From positions 4,352,001-4,416,000 of the forward strand of contig OZ245033.1 in NCBI GenBank assembly GCA_965224025.1: a stretch of 64,000 nucleotides of DNA, written 5' to 3'. Within the stretch, counting starts at the first letter, position 1, and the number at the start of each line of letters is the position of its first letter. A model generated the notes under the pieces. The model saw only the letters and a program-made list of their open reading frames with translations, was not told where the DNA came from and ran no database searches. This DNA comes from Candidatus Multivorans sp. (GTDB lineage: Bacteria > Acidobacteriota > Thermoanaerobaculia > Multivoradales > Multivoraceae). Positions 30,807 to 39,113 of the stretch are shown piece by piece. The position numbers and the translations under genes were made by a program.

Positions 30807-31832
30807 GTGTCACTTCAGGCGCGCAGACTTCTGGTCGTCGGCGGCACCGGACCGACCGGTCCGCCGATCGTCAACAACTTCCTGGCCGCCGGTTTCGAGG
30901 TCTCGATCTTCCACTCCGGTCGCCACCCGGTCGACTTCGACGGTCCGGTGGAACGCATCCTCGGCAACGCCCGTGACCGTGACGACATCCGCAACGAGAT
31001 CGGCTCGCGCGAATGGGACATCGTGGTCTGCATGTACGGCCGGTTGCGCACGCTCGCCGAGGAACTCGCCGGCAGAACGACCCGCTTGGTGGGCATCACC
31101 GGCCAGCCTGTCTACAAGGGCTCGCAACCCCCCACGCCCGAGGGCCGCATTCCCCTGCCGGTGCCGGAGTTCGCGCCGCGCCAGTACGACGCGAAGAACT
31201 ACACCGGCAAGGTCGCGGCCGGCGAAGATCAGCTCTTCGAGCAGCACGGCCGCGGCGACTTCGAGGTGGTCATCCTGCGCTATCCCGGGGTCTACGGGCC
31301 GCGCACGCCGATGAACCACGAGTGGGCGGTGGTCAAGCGCATCCTCGACCGGCGGCTCTTCATGATCCTCCCCCACGACGGCGTGACCTACTTCCAGCGC
31401 GGCTACGCCCAGAACCTGGCGCGGCTCGTGTTCCTGGCCGCCACGCGGCCCGAGGCGGCGGGCCAAGCCTTCAACGCCGGCGATGAGCGGGTGATCAGTT
31501 GCCGCGCCGTGGCGGAGGTCATCGTCGACGAGCTCGACGCCGAGATGGAACTGATCGGCGTGCCGGCGCCGTTCTGCCGGGGCGTGTTTCCGCTGGCCGA
31601 GAAGTCGAACCAGATCCTGGACATGTCGAAGGCGCGCGCGCTGCTCGGCTACCGGGACGTGGTCGACCCGGAAACCGCGACCCGAGCCACCGCCCGCCAC
31701 CTCCACGACAATCCGCCGGACGAGAAGGATCTGTACGCCGCGGGCACGGGCCGCTTCGACTACGAGCGCGAGGACCGCATCGTGGAGTGCTGGCGACGGG
31801 CGCAGGCGCTCATGACGGCCGAGTGCTCCTGA
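30807..31832 (+). CDS. NAD-dependent epimerase/dehydratase (atypical SDR)
   Basis: Motifs VVGGTGPTG, Y...K..E, ILRYPGVYGP and GQAFNAG. Confidence 0.85.
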   Translation: MSLQARRLLVVGGTGPTGPPIVNNFLAAGFEVSIFHSGRHPVDFDGPVERILGNARDRDDIRNEIGSREWDIVVCMYGRLRTLAEELAGRTTRLVGITGQPVYKGSQPPTPEGRIPLPVPEFAPRQYDAKNYTGKVAAGEDQLFEQHGRGDFEVVILRYPGVYGPRTPMNHEWAVVKRILDRRLFMILPHDGVTYFQRGYAQNLARLVFLAATRPEAAGQAFNAGDERVISCRAVAEVIVDELDAEMELIGVPAPFCRGVFPLAEKSNQILDMSKARALLGYRDVVDPETATRATARHLHDNPPDEKDLYAAGTGRFDYEREDRIVECWRRAQALMTAECS

Positions 31833-31842
31833 CCCTCGCCGC

Positions 31843-31978
31843 GGATGCGGGCAAGATGCCCGCGTTCCCAGGAGCGAGCCGTCGGCTATTCTTCAAGGCA
31901 CGGAACGCAACCCGGGTGGCGCGTTCGCGCCACACGCGAACCAGTCCGAGCGCCCGTCATCGGGCGCACGGATGGAAC
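31843..31978. repeat. REP-like element: module A (+ strand) and inverted module B
   Basis: GGATGCGGGCAAGATGCCCGCGTTCCCAGG at 31843, with module B reverse-complemented at about 31909-31978, ending just before the next RBS. Confidence 0.88.
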
Positions 31979-31994
31979 ACGGAGGAAGTCATCG

Positions 31995-32987
31995 ATGATC
32001 AGGCGAACGATGATCGCCCTTGCCCTGGCTGCCGCCCTCGTTGCGGCGCCCGCTCTCGCGGCGGACGACCGGAAGCTGCCGCGCACCCCCTGGGGCCATC
32101 CCGACCTCCAGGGACTGTGGACGAACACCACCCTGACGCCCTTCGAGCGGCCGCTCGAACTGGGCGACAAGGCCTTCCTCACGGAGGAAGAGGTTGCCCA
32201 GGCCGAGGCAGCCCGCCAGGCGATGATCCAGAACCGCGCCCAGCAGCCGGCGCGGAAGGCGGAGGCCGGCCAGAACGTCGGCGCCTACAACCTGCACTGG
32301 CTGGAACTGGGTACGAAAGTCGTCGGCAGCCGGCGGACCTCACAGGTCATCGATCCCCCGAACGGGCGAGTGCCGGTGCGGCCGGAGGCACAGAAGGTGC
32401 GCGCCGACAACCTGGTCAAGATGTTCGACTCCTACGAGTACATGAGCGTGTGGGACCGCTGCATCACCCGCGGCGTGCCCGGGCACCTGTTCCCGGCCGG
32501 CTACAACAACGGCTACCGGATCGCCCAGACACCCGAATACGTGGTCATCTACTCCGAGATGATCAACGACGTCCGCTTCATCCCCATCGACGGCCGGGAC
32601 CGCATCCCCGAGGACATCCACCTCTGGAACGGCGACTCCCGGGGCCACTGGGACGGCGACACGCTGGTCGTCGAGACGAAGAACTTCTCGGACAAGGGCT
32701 GGATCGCCACCAGCGGCTCCCAGGGTCGGATCAAGGGCATCCCGGTGAGCAACGATCTCGTCACGGTCGAACGTTTCACGCGAATCGACGAACACATGAT
32801 CGACTGGACTGTGACGGTTGACGATCCGGTCAACTACACCGACACCTGGACCGTGAACCTCCCGCTCTACTTCGACGCGAACTACGAGATGTTCGAGTAC
32901 GCCTGCCACGAAGGAAACTGGGCGGTCACCAACACGCTGAGCGGCGCTCGCCACCTGGAGAAGACGGGCGCGGACGGCAGTCCGTAA
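31995..32987 (+). CDS. Uncharacterised periplasmic protein of the PRT.WG.PDLQG...EYACHEGN family
   Basis: Signal peptide, then PRTPWGHPDLQGLW, DRC, YNN..I.QT, GDSRGHWDGDTLVVET.NF, ERFTR and EYACHEGN. GGAGG RBS. Confidence 0.85.
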   Translation: MIRRTMIALALAAALVAAPALAADDRKLPRTPWGHPDLQGLWTNTTLTPFERPLELGDKAFLTEEEVAQAEAARQAMIQNRAQQPARKAEAGQNVGAYNLHWLELGTKVVGSRRTSQVIDPPNGRVPVRPEAQKVRADNLVKMFDSYEYMSVWDRCITRGVPGHLFPAGYNNGYRIAQTPEYVVIYSEMINDVRFIPIDGRDRIPEDIHLWNGDSRGHWDGDTLVVETKNFSDKGWIATSGSQGRIKGIPVSNDLVTVERFTRIDEHMIDWTVTVDDPVNYTDTWTVNLPLYFDANYEMFEYACHEGNWAVTNTLSGARHLEKTGADGSP

Positions 32988-33336
32988 CGCCCGCGAACCG
33001 CTCGCAGGCTCGCTGTCCGACCCCAACCCAACTCCACCGGATCCGTCGACGGCGGCAGCAGTTCCACTACCGGCCAAGCCGGCGAAAACCAAGCAAACGC
33101 GGCGACGACTCGTCCCCGCGGACGCTCGCGCGTCCTGAGTAGAACACGGGCTGGCGCTCGCTGCGGTCGGCTGCGCTCCGGTTTGGCGTTGCTCCATGAA
33201 GTGGCGTCGGCCGTCGCTTGCCGACAGCCTCGCAAGGACCTTCTCCCCGGACCCCAACCGGCTGGCGATCGTCGCTGGCTTAGGGGACGCGTGACGGCGA
33301 GGCCTTCCTGGTGCGAAGACCCGGAACGGCTGGCCG

Positions 33337-35136
33337 TCAGGGGCAGGTAATCCGGTAGACCCGGGCTTCGGTCAAGGCGGCCAGGGGCTCCAGGAGCGGA
33401 TAGGCCTCGTGGTGGCCAGCGCGGGCGTCGGCGATGAAGGGGCCGAGCCAGTCGCCGGTGTCTTCGTTGGAGCGGCCGCCGCCGAGTTGAACGGTGGGGC
33501 GGACGACGAGGAGGAGACGGTCGAAGTTCGGGCAGTGGCGGGAGGCGATCCGTTCGAGGTCGGAGTAGGTCAGGACTTCCGTGTACGGGAGACCGGCGTA
33601 CGAGATAGCGAACCGGCCCGGGAAGAGGAAGGGGACGTCCATCGTGCCGCCGCCGATGACGAGGTCGCCCGAGGCGGTGTGTTCGCGCAGCCATTGCTGG
33701 CGCTCGCTCCGGAACTCTACGGTCCGGGCGTCTCGGCTCGTCGACCAGAGGGTCGCTTCGCGGACGAAGGCGGTACCGAAACAGACGGCGAGGATGGCGG
33801 GCGGCAGCCAGGCGTATCGCCGTACATCAGGATGGGAAACGGCCAGGAGGGCTCCGAACGCCGGAATCAGGGGGACGGTCGCCGGCAACGCCAGCCGGAC
33901 GCCGATCGGATCGAAGTTGGCCTGGCTGCTACGCCAGATGACGGCCGCGAGGTAGAGGACGGCCCAAAGGCTGATGAGCAGTGGAGGACGTGGGTCTGCC
34001 GGGGGCCGGGTACGGCCCGAGTCCCTGGCTGTACGGATGGCGAAGGCGCCGAGAAGCCCGAACACGACGGCGAGTACCGCGGCGTCCGGCCAGTTGCCGA
34101 GCGCAGTCGAGCGCCAGCCGCCGAGAACGGCCGCGATTGCGCGGCCCAGGCTTTCGGAAAGCGTCGTCACGGCGGGCATCGCTGGCGGCAGGACGTGTCC
34201 TTCGGCGGCCACGTTGCGGGCGAGGATCCCGGCCATTGGCACTAGCGCGCCGACCGCGAACGTCAGGGCCAATCGGCTCGCCGCTTCGCGGCTTCGGCCT
34301 GAATGCGGGTCAACGCCGCCAAACGCTTCGCGGACTCGGAGTCTGGCCCCAGCTCCCACCTCCCCAGAGGTCCCGCGCACCCGGAGCAACGTCTTCGCCA
34401 AGCCTGAAGAGCCCTGCGCGGATGCCGTTTCATTGCGGGGGCGGCTGGCCCCGCCGAGCCATAGTGCGGCGAAACCGATTAGCGGCAACGGCCACAACGA
34501 GTAACGGACGCCGAAGGCCGCGCCGGCGAGCAGGCCCAGGGAGAGGGGCAGAAGTAGGGCGCGCCAAGCCGGACGGCGGCCGCGGTCCGACTCGTCCGGC
34601 ACCTCGGCCGGTCGTCGTTCGAGCAGCCAATCGAGCGCCAGAAAGAAGAACAGCACGACGGCGACTGCCAGACATTCGCTCAAGGCGGCTCGGCCGAAAT
34701 GGGTCAGCGGAACGAACAGGAGCGCGGCGCCGAGTGCGACCGCCGCGGCCGCCGAACCTCCGATCCGCTGCCCGAGCAGGTAGACCAACGCCAAGATCGC
34801 GGCGTAAGCCAACACGGAAACGACCAGCGCCGCGTCTGCCGCGTTCATGCCGAGCCGCGACAAGAGGGCGATCGCCAAGGGATAGCCCGGCGCCTGCGCT
34901 GTGAAGGCCGACGGCAGGTCCAGGTCGCCGGACACGTAGAACGGCTGGTTGAAGCCGCCGGTCGACTGAACCAGACCGTTGCCGGCGACCACCCGCCGCG
35001 CGACATCGACGTAGTTCATCGAGTCCGCCGAGAACGTGCGGACGCGGACCAGCGAGTTCGCCGCGAAGAGTGCCACGTAGGCGACTCCGACCAGCACCAG
35101 CAGGATCGAGGCGGCCCGACGTCCGTCCGCCGCCAT
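33337..35136 (-). CDS. Multi-TM glycosyltransferase (GT-C, ArnT/PMT-like)
   Basis: Motifs DS..Y..VAR....G.G, PGYP and LSE, with many TM helices. Confidence 0.7.
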   Translation of the reverse strand: MAADGRRAASILLVLVGVAYVALFAANSLVRVRTFSADSMNYVDVARRVVAGNGLVQSTGGFNQPFYVSGDLDLPSAFTAQAPGYPLAIALLSRLGMNAADAALVVSVLAYAAILALVYLLGQRIGGSAAAAVALGAALLFVPLTHFGRAALSECLAVAVVLFFFLALDWLLERRPAEVPDESDRGRRPAWRALLLPLSLGLLAGAAFGVRYSLWPLPLIGFAALWLGGASRPRNETASAQGSSGLAKTLLRVRGTSGEVGAGARLRVREAFGGVDPHSGRSREAASRLALTFAVGALVPMAGILARNVAAEGHVLPPAMPAVTTLSESLGRAIAAVLGGWRSTALGNWPDAAVLAVVFGLLGAFAIRTARDSGRTRPPADPRPPLLISLWAVLYLAAVIWRSSQANFDPIGVRLALPATVPLIPAFGALLAVSHPDVRRYAWLPPAILAVCFGTAFVREATLWSTSRDARTVEFRSERQQWLREHTASGDLVIGGGTMDVPFLFPGRFAISYAGLPYTEVLTYSDLERIASRHCPNFDRLLLVVRPTVQLGGGRSNEDTGDWLGPFIADARAGHHEAYPLLEPLAALTEARVYRITCP

Positions 35137-35156
35137 CAGGATGGGGGCCAACCAAG

Positions 35157-35201
35157 CCGGCGCTTCGCACCGGATGCGGGCAAGATGCCCGCGTTCCCAG
35201 G
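35157..35201 (+). repeat. REP-like element, module A
   Basis: GCCGGCGCTTCGCACCGGATGCGGGCAAGATGCCCGCGTTCCCAGG. Confidence 0.88.
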
Positions 35202-35228
35202 AATCGTCGCGTGCAGCGGCGCAAGCTC

Positions 35229-35513
35229 CTAGCCTGCGAACGCCGGGGCCGGCAGTTCAGCCAGGTGGCGGTGACACATCTCGCAGCTCGACACTCCCCG
35301 GGCCTCGGCCGCTGGATCGAGTTCCTGGTCCACCCACCGCAGGAAGGAGCGGGAGAGGTCCGGACGGCTGTCCGGAGACACCGCGCCAAGGTCGGCAACG
35401 AACTCCCTGAGCAGAGCGCGCAGCACCGCGAGACGCTCGTAGTCGACCTTGCCGTCCCCGGCGACGACCTCGGCCAGCAGCCGGTCCCACGCGTCGTAGG
35501 AGAACGTCTCCAT
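35229..35513 (-). pseudogene. Chimeric remnant: DUF547 N-terminus fused to an unrelated CxxC-containing C-terminus
   Basis: METFSYDAWDRLL..DGKVDYERL..SPDSRPDL then switches to SRSFLRWVDQE..SCEMCHRH. The DUF547 core (LA.WIN.YN) is missing. AAGGAG RBS. Confidence 0.6.
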
Positions 35514-35527
35514 CGACTCCTTGCGGA

Positions 35528-36607
35528 CTACTCGTTCCCGGAACCGGTGCTGCCCGCTCGCGCCTTCTGCTCGTGGTACTCGCGCTCGAGCAACCGCGCG
35601 CCGCGCAGGATGCCGCCCATCGCGTAGTTGCCCTCGTGGCAGGCGTACTCGTAGTTCTGTTCGTCCGTCTGCGGCCAGATGAACTCGCCGCTGTACGGCG
35701 CCGTGTAGTCCGGGTCCTCGACGGCGAACTGGTACAGAAGCTCGTCCTTGCTCTGGCGCGTGAAGCGCTCGGTGACCTTGAGCCCCTCGCGCGGGACGCG
35801 GGGCGCGGCAAGGAAGTTCGTCGTCTCGACAACCAGCGTGTCCCCTTCCCACCAGCCGATCGAGTCCCCGCCGAGCGAGCGCGCGTCGGCCGGCGCGTGC
35901 TCCGCGTTCAGGCGCACGACCTTCGCCCAGTGCATCCACTCGACCAGGATGACCACGTGGTCCTCGGTCTGGGTGATCGTCTTCATGTTGTTGTAGAGGA
36001 TCGGCCGCGCCGGCGTGGCGGCGGCGCCGAGATACAGGCAGCGATCCAGCAGGGACAGCGTCTCGGGGCCGTCGTAGGGATCGTCGCCGGTCTCGATCCA
36101 CCATGCGGTCCCCGTGTTCTCGTAGGCGTAGGGATGCAGATCGACGCGGCGCGCCTTGCCCGCTTCCGAAACCGGCGGCATGCGGCCGTTCGGCGGATCG
36201 GTCAGGATCGAGGTCTGGAACTGGCCGTCGATTGCATGGCGCGTGCTGCCGCTGTCGGTCCAGAAGGCGTTGTAGCCGCCGACCGCGCCCGCGGGACCGC
36301 CGGAACCGTCACCTCCGGCCGGAGGCGCCGACCGGTCGGGATCGCTGGCCGCGTTGGCTCTGGCGATCATTGCGGCGGTGGCCGCCATGATCCGCTCCGC
36401 CTCCTCGACGCTCATGTACTTCTTGTCCCCGAAACGCGAATCCCGTTCGAACGGAGTCGAACTCGCGATGTTGTAGCGGCCGCTCAGGTCCGGCTTGCCG
36501 CTCGCGGTGCGCGGGATGTCGTCGCCGGCAGCCAGGGCCGGAGCCGCGACGAGTAACGCGGCCGCGCCAGTGATCGAGAGGGTAGGAAGGGCTCGTTCGA
36601 TGTGCAT
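35528..36607 (-). CDS. Second member of the PRT..G.PDL...EYACHEGN family
   Basis: Motifs PRTASGKPDLSG, GGYNAFW, DPPNGRMP, DRC, GDSIGWWEGDTLVVETTNF and YEYACHEGN. Confidence 0.85.
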   Translation of the reverse strand: MHIERALPTLSITGAAALLVAAPALAAGDDIPRTASGKPDLSGRYNIASSTPFERDSRFGDKKYMSVEEAERIMAATAAMIARANAASDPDRSAPPAGGDGSGGPAGAVGGYNAFWTDSGSTRHAIDGQFQTSILTDPPNGRMPPVSEAGKARRVDLHPYAYENTGTAWWIETGDDPYDGPETLSLLDRCLYLGAAATPARPILYNNMKTITQTEDHVVILVEWMHWAKVVRLNAEHAPADARSLGGDSIGWWEGDTLVVETTNFLAAPRVPREGLKVTERFTRQSKDELLYQFAVEDPDYTAPYSGEFIWPQTDEQNYEYACHEGNYAMGGILRGARLLEREYHEQKARAGSTGSGNE

Positions 36608-36780
36608 GGAAGATGCCTCCGTTCTTTCGGCGGGAAGGAGCCGCGCGATGCCGACGCGGGCTCAGAGGACAGGCACGAAAAGAGATATGGAGCCTACCTC
36701 ACCGGACCCGGGGCGGGTACCTCCGCTGGTAGAGTCAGGACCCGATCAAGCAACCAGGGAGTCTTGGGAGGGCGAAGCGA

Positions 36781-38421
36781 ATGAGGTCCCCGATCCACAT
36801 CCACCGGAATCGACTCACGGCGCTTCTCGCGGCCGCTGGGCTTCTCGTCGCGACAGCCGCCGGCGCCGCCGAGACGCCCACCTTCAGCCGCGACGTGGCG
36901 CCGATCCTGTTCGAGAAGTGCGTGCAGTGCCACCGGCCGAACCAGGCAGCGCCGATGTCCCTGCTCTCGTACCGGGAGGCGAGACCCTGGGCCCGAGGCA
37001 TGGCGCGAGCGGTCGAGAACGGCGACATGCCGCCATGGAGCGCCGAGTCGGAGCACGTCGTCTTTCGCAATGATCTCTCCCTCTCCTCCGAACAGGTCGC
37101 TACGATCACTTCCTGGGCCGCCGGCGGCGCTCCCGAGGGCGATCCCGCGGACCTGCCGCCCACCCCGACGTTCTCGGACGGCTGGACGCGGGGCGAACCG
37201 GACTACGTGCTCACTCTCGACCGGGTCGAGGTCCCTGCCGAAGGCCCCGACGTCTTCCTCAAGCAGCAGATCCAGCTCGACCTGAAGGAAGAGCGCTGGG
37301 TGCGGGCGATCGAGTTCATGCCGGGTGACCGTCGCGCGACCCATCACTTCCAGACAACGTACACGACGCCGCGGCGGCAGAGCGGCGGCCCGTGCGGCTC
37401 CGGCGAGAGGGTGCGCGAGGGCGCCGGCGGCAGCGGCGTGTTCGGCATCTGGACCGCGGGCATGCCGCCCTACGTGTTCCCGGAGGGGACCGGGCGCGTC
37501 CTCGGCCCGGGCACCACGATCACCATCGATTCGCACTACCACCCGTTCGGCGAGGCGACATCCGATGAGACGCAGATCGGCATCTTCTTCGGCGAAGGCG
37601 AACTGGAGCGCGAGGTGGCGACGGTCTCCGTAACCAACACGGGAATCCGGATCCCCCCCGGTGCCGATCATCACGCCGAGGAGGGCTTCTACCAGCCCGA
37701 CGAGGACATGCAGATTCTCGCCTTCAGCCCCCACATGCACGTGCGCGGCAAGGCGATGACGTACCGCCTCGTCCATCCCGACGGCACCAGCGAAACCCTG
37801 CTCGACGTACCGAAGTACGACTACAACTGGCAGTGGCTCTACTACCCGACCGAGCCGATCGACGTGCCCGCCGACAGCCGCGTCGAGGTCACCGCGGTGT
37901 GGGACAACTCGGATGGCAACCCCGCCAATCCCGACCCGACGCGGGAGATCATCTACCGTGGCGACGTGTTCAACGAAATGTTCGTCGGCTTCATGGAGGT
38001 CGTGCGCAAGGAGGGCGGGTACCACCGCCCCCGGCGGAACGTGGACAAGCTGAGGGATCTGATTGCATTGCACCCGGGAGGGACCTCCTTCCTGGTCGAG
38101 GGCTTCCTGCCCATCGCCTTCGACGCTCCGCACGAGGGCGAGGGCGTGCTCTACCTGGTCAGCGGTCTCCAGATGTTCACGATCACGCTCGACGACATCG
38201 CGTGGTCGGAGAACCGCCTGGAAGTGAACACCCAGTTCCCGACGCCGGAGGCATCGGCGATCACGACCGTGATCGAAGGCGAGGTCGACGCGGACGGTGC
38301 GCTCCAGGGCACGATCACGATCGGATCGGACAGCGAACGCCCAATGAAGATGAAGATGGTCGGACAACCGGGCGGGCGGGCGCCGTCCACGGAGGCCACC
38401 GGGGCCGCCGCCGGAGAGTGA
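36781..38421 (+). CDS. Secreted heme c + copper type II (PHM/DbetaM-like) monooxygenase-domain protein
   Basis: Motifs PTFSRDVAPIL..KCVQCHR, THH, HYH, PHMHVRG, YDYNWQ..Y and NEM, plus an extra C-terminal domain. Confidence 0.8.
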   Translation: MRSPIHIHRNRLTALLAAAGLLVATAAGAAETPTFSRDVAPILFEKCVQCHRPNQAAPMSLLSYREARPWARGMARAVENGDMPPWSAESEHVVFRNDLSLSSEQVATITSWAAGGAPEGDPADLPPTPTFSDGWTRGEPDYVLTLDRVEVPAEGPDVFLKQQIQLDLKEERWVRAIEFMPGDRRATHHFQTTYTTPRRQSGGPCGSGERVREGAGGSGVFGIWTAGMPPYVFPEGTGRVLGPGTTITIDSHYHPFGEATSDETQIGIFFGEGELEREVATVSVTNTGIRIPPGADHHAEEGFYQPDEDMQILAFSPHMHVRGKAMTYRLVHPDGTSETLLDVPKYDYNWQWLYYPTEPIDVPADSRVEVTAVWDNSDGNPANPDPTREIIYRGDVFNEMFVGFMEVVRKEGGYHRPRRNVDKLRDLIALHPGGTSFLVEGFLPIAFDAPHEGEGVLYLVSGLQMFTITLDDIAWSENRLEVNTQFPTPEASAITTVIEGEVDADGALQGTITIGSDSERPMKMKMVGQPGGRAPSTEATGAAAGE

Positions 38422-38954
38422 CGACGGTACGCCCCGCGAGTACCGGACTCCGGTGGCCGCTTGCCGCGCTGTTGCTGGCTGCGCCGCTGGCGCTGCACTG
38501 CGGCGGGTCAAGCATGTCCCAGCTCAAGGCGCTGGTGCGGGCCAGCTTTCCCGGCGTGCCCCAGATGAGTATCGAGGAACTCGACCGGCGACTGGACGAC
38601 GATCCGCGGCCCCTGGTTATCGACGTCCGGGAAGCCTTCGAGTACGAAGTCAGCCACCTTCCCGGCGCCGTCCACGCCCAGGGCAAGGACATCGTGGGCG
38701 TGATCGCAGAGGCCGAACCGGAGCGGCCGGTCGTCCTCTACTGCTCCGTCGGCTACCGTTCGTCGGCAGCCGTCGCCGATCTGATCCAGTTGGACGATCC
38801 GGAGATCGGCGACCGGATCTGGAATCTCGAAGGCTCGATCTTCGAGTGGGCCAACTCCGGCCGCCCCGTCTACCGGGGTCCGGAAGAGGTGGACCGGGTT
38901 CACCCCTACGGCAAACAGTGGAGCAAGCTGCTCGAACCGCACCTGCGGCCTTGA
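38418..38954 (+). CDS. Rhodanese-like domain lipoprotein
   Basis: GTGA overlap with the upstream stop, lipobox-like ALHC, and motifs IDVRE..EY.VSHLPGA, YCSVGYRS and NLEGSIFEWAN. Confidence 0.85.
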   Translation: MTTVRPASTGLRWPLAALLLAAPLALHCGGSSMSQLKALVRASFPGVPQMSIEELDRRLDDDPRPLVIDVREAFEYEVSHLPGAVHAQGKDIVGVIAEAEPERPVVLYCSVGYRSSAAVADLIQLDDPEIGDRIWNLEGSIFEWANSGRPVYRGPEEVDRVHPYGKQWSKLLEPHLRP

Positions 38955-39113
38955 CGGGACGGCCGCGCGACGAGAAACATCGGCAAGTGGCTAGCGTAGA
39001 CAGACAGCGCGAACTCGCCGCGAGACGAACCGGCCGACGCGGGCGGGGCCGACTGTGGCGCCGGTTGCAGGTTCCTCCGTGGCGGCGGCCCCTGGCGCCA
39101 CAAAGGAGCCCCC

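Noticed and set aside
34290-34450. Hydrophilic loop of about 55 aa in the GT-C glycosyltransferase as an inserted element
   Set aside because: I found no terminal repeats and no second copy in the window, so it cannot be distinguished from a variable cytoplasmic loop.
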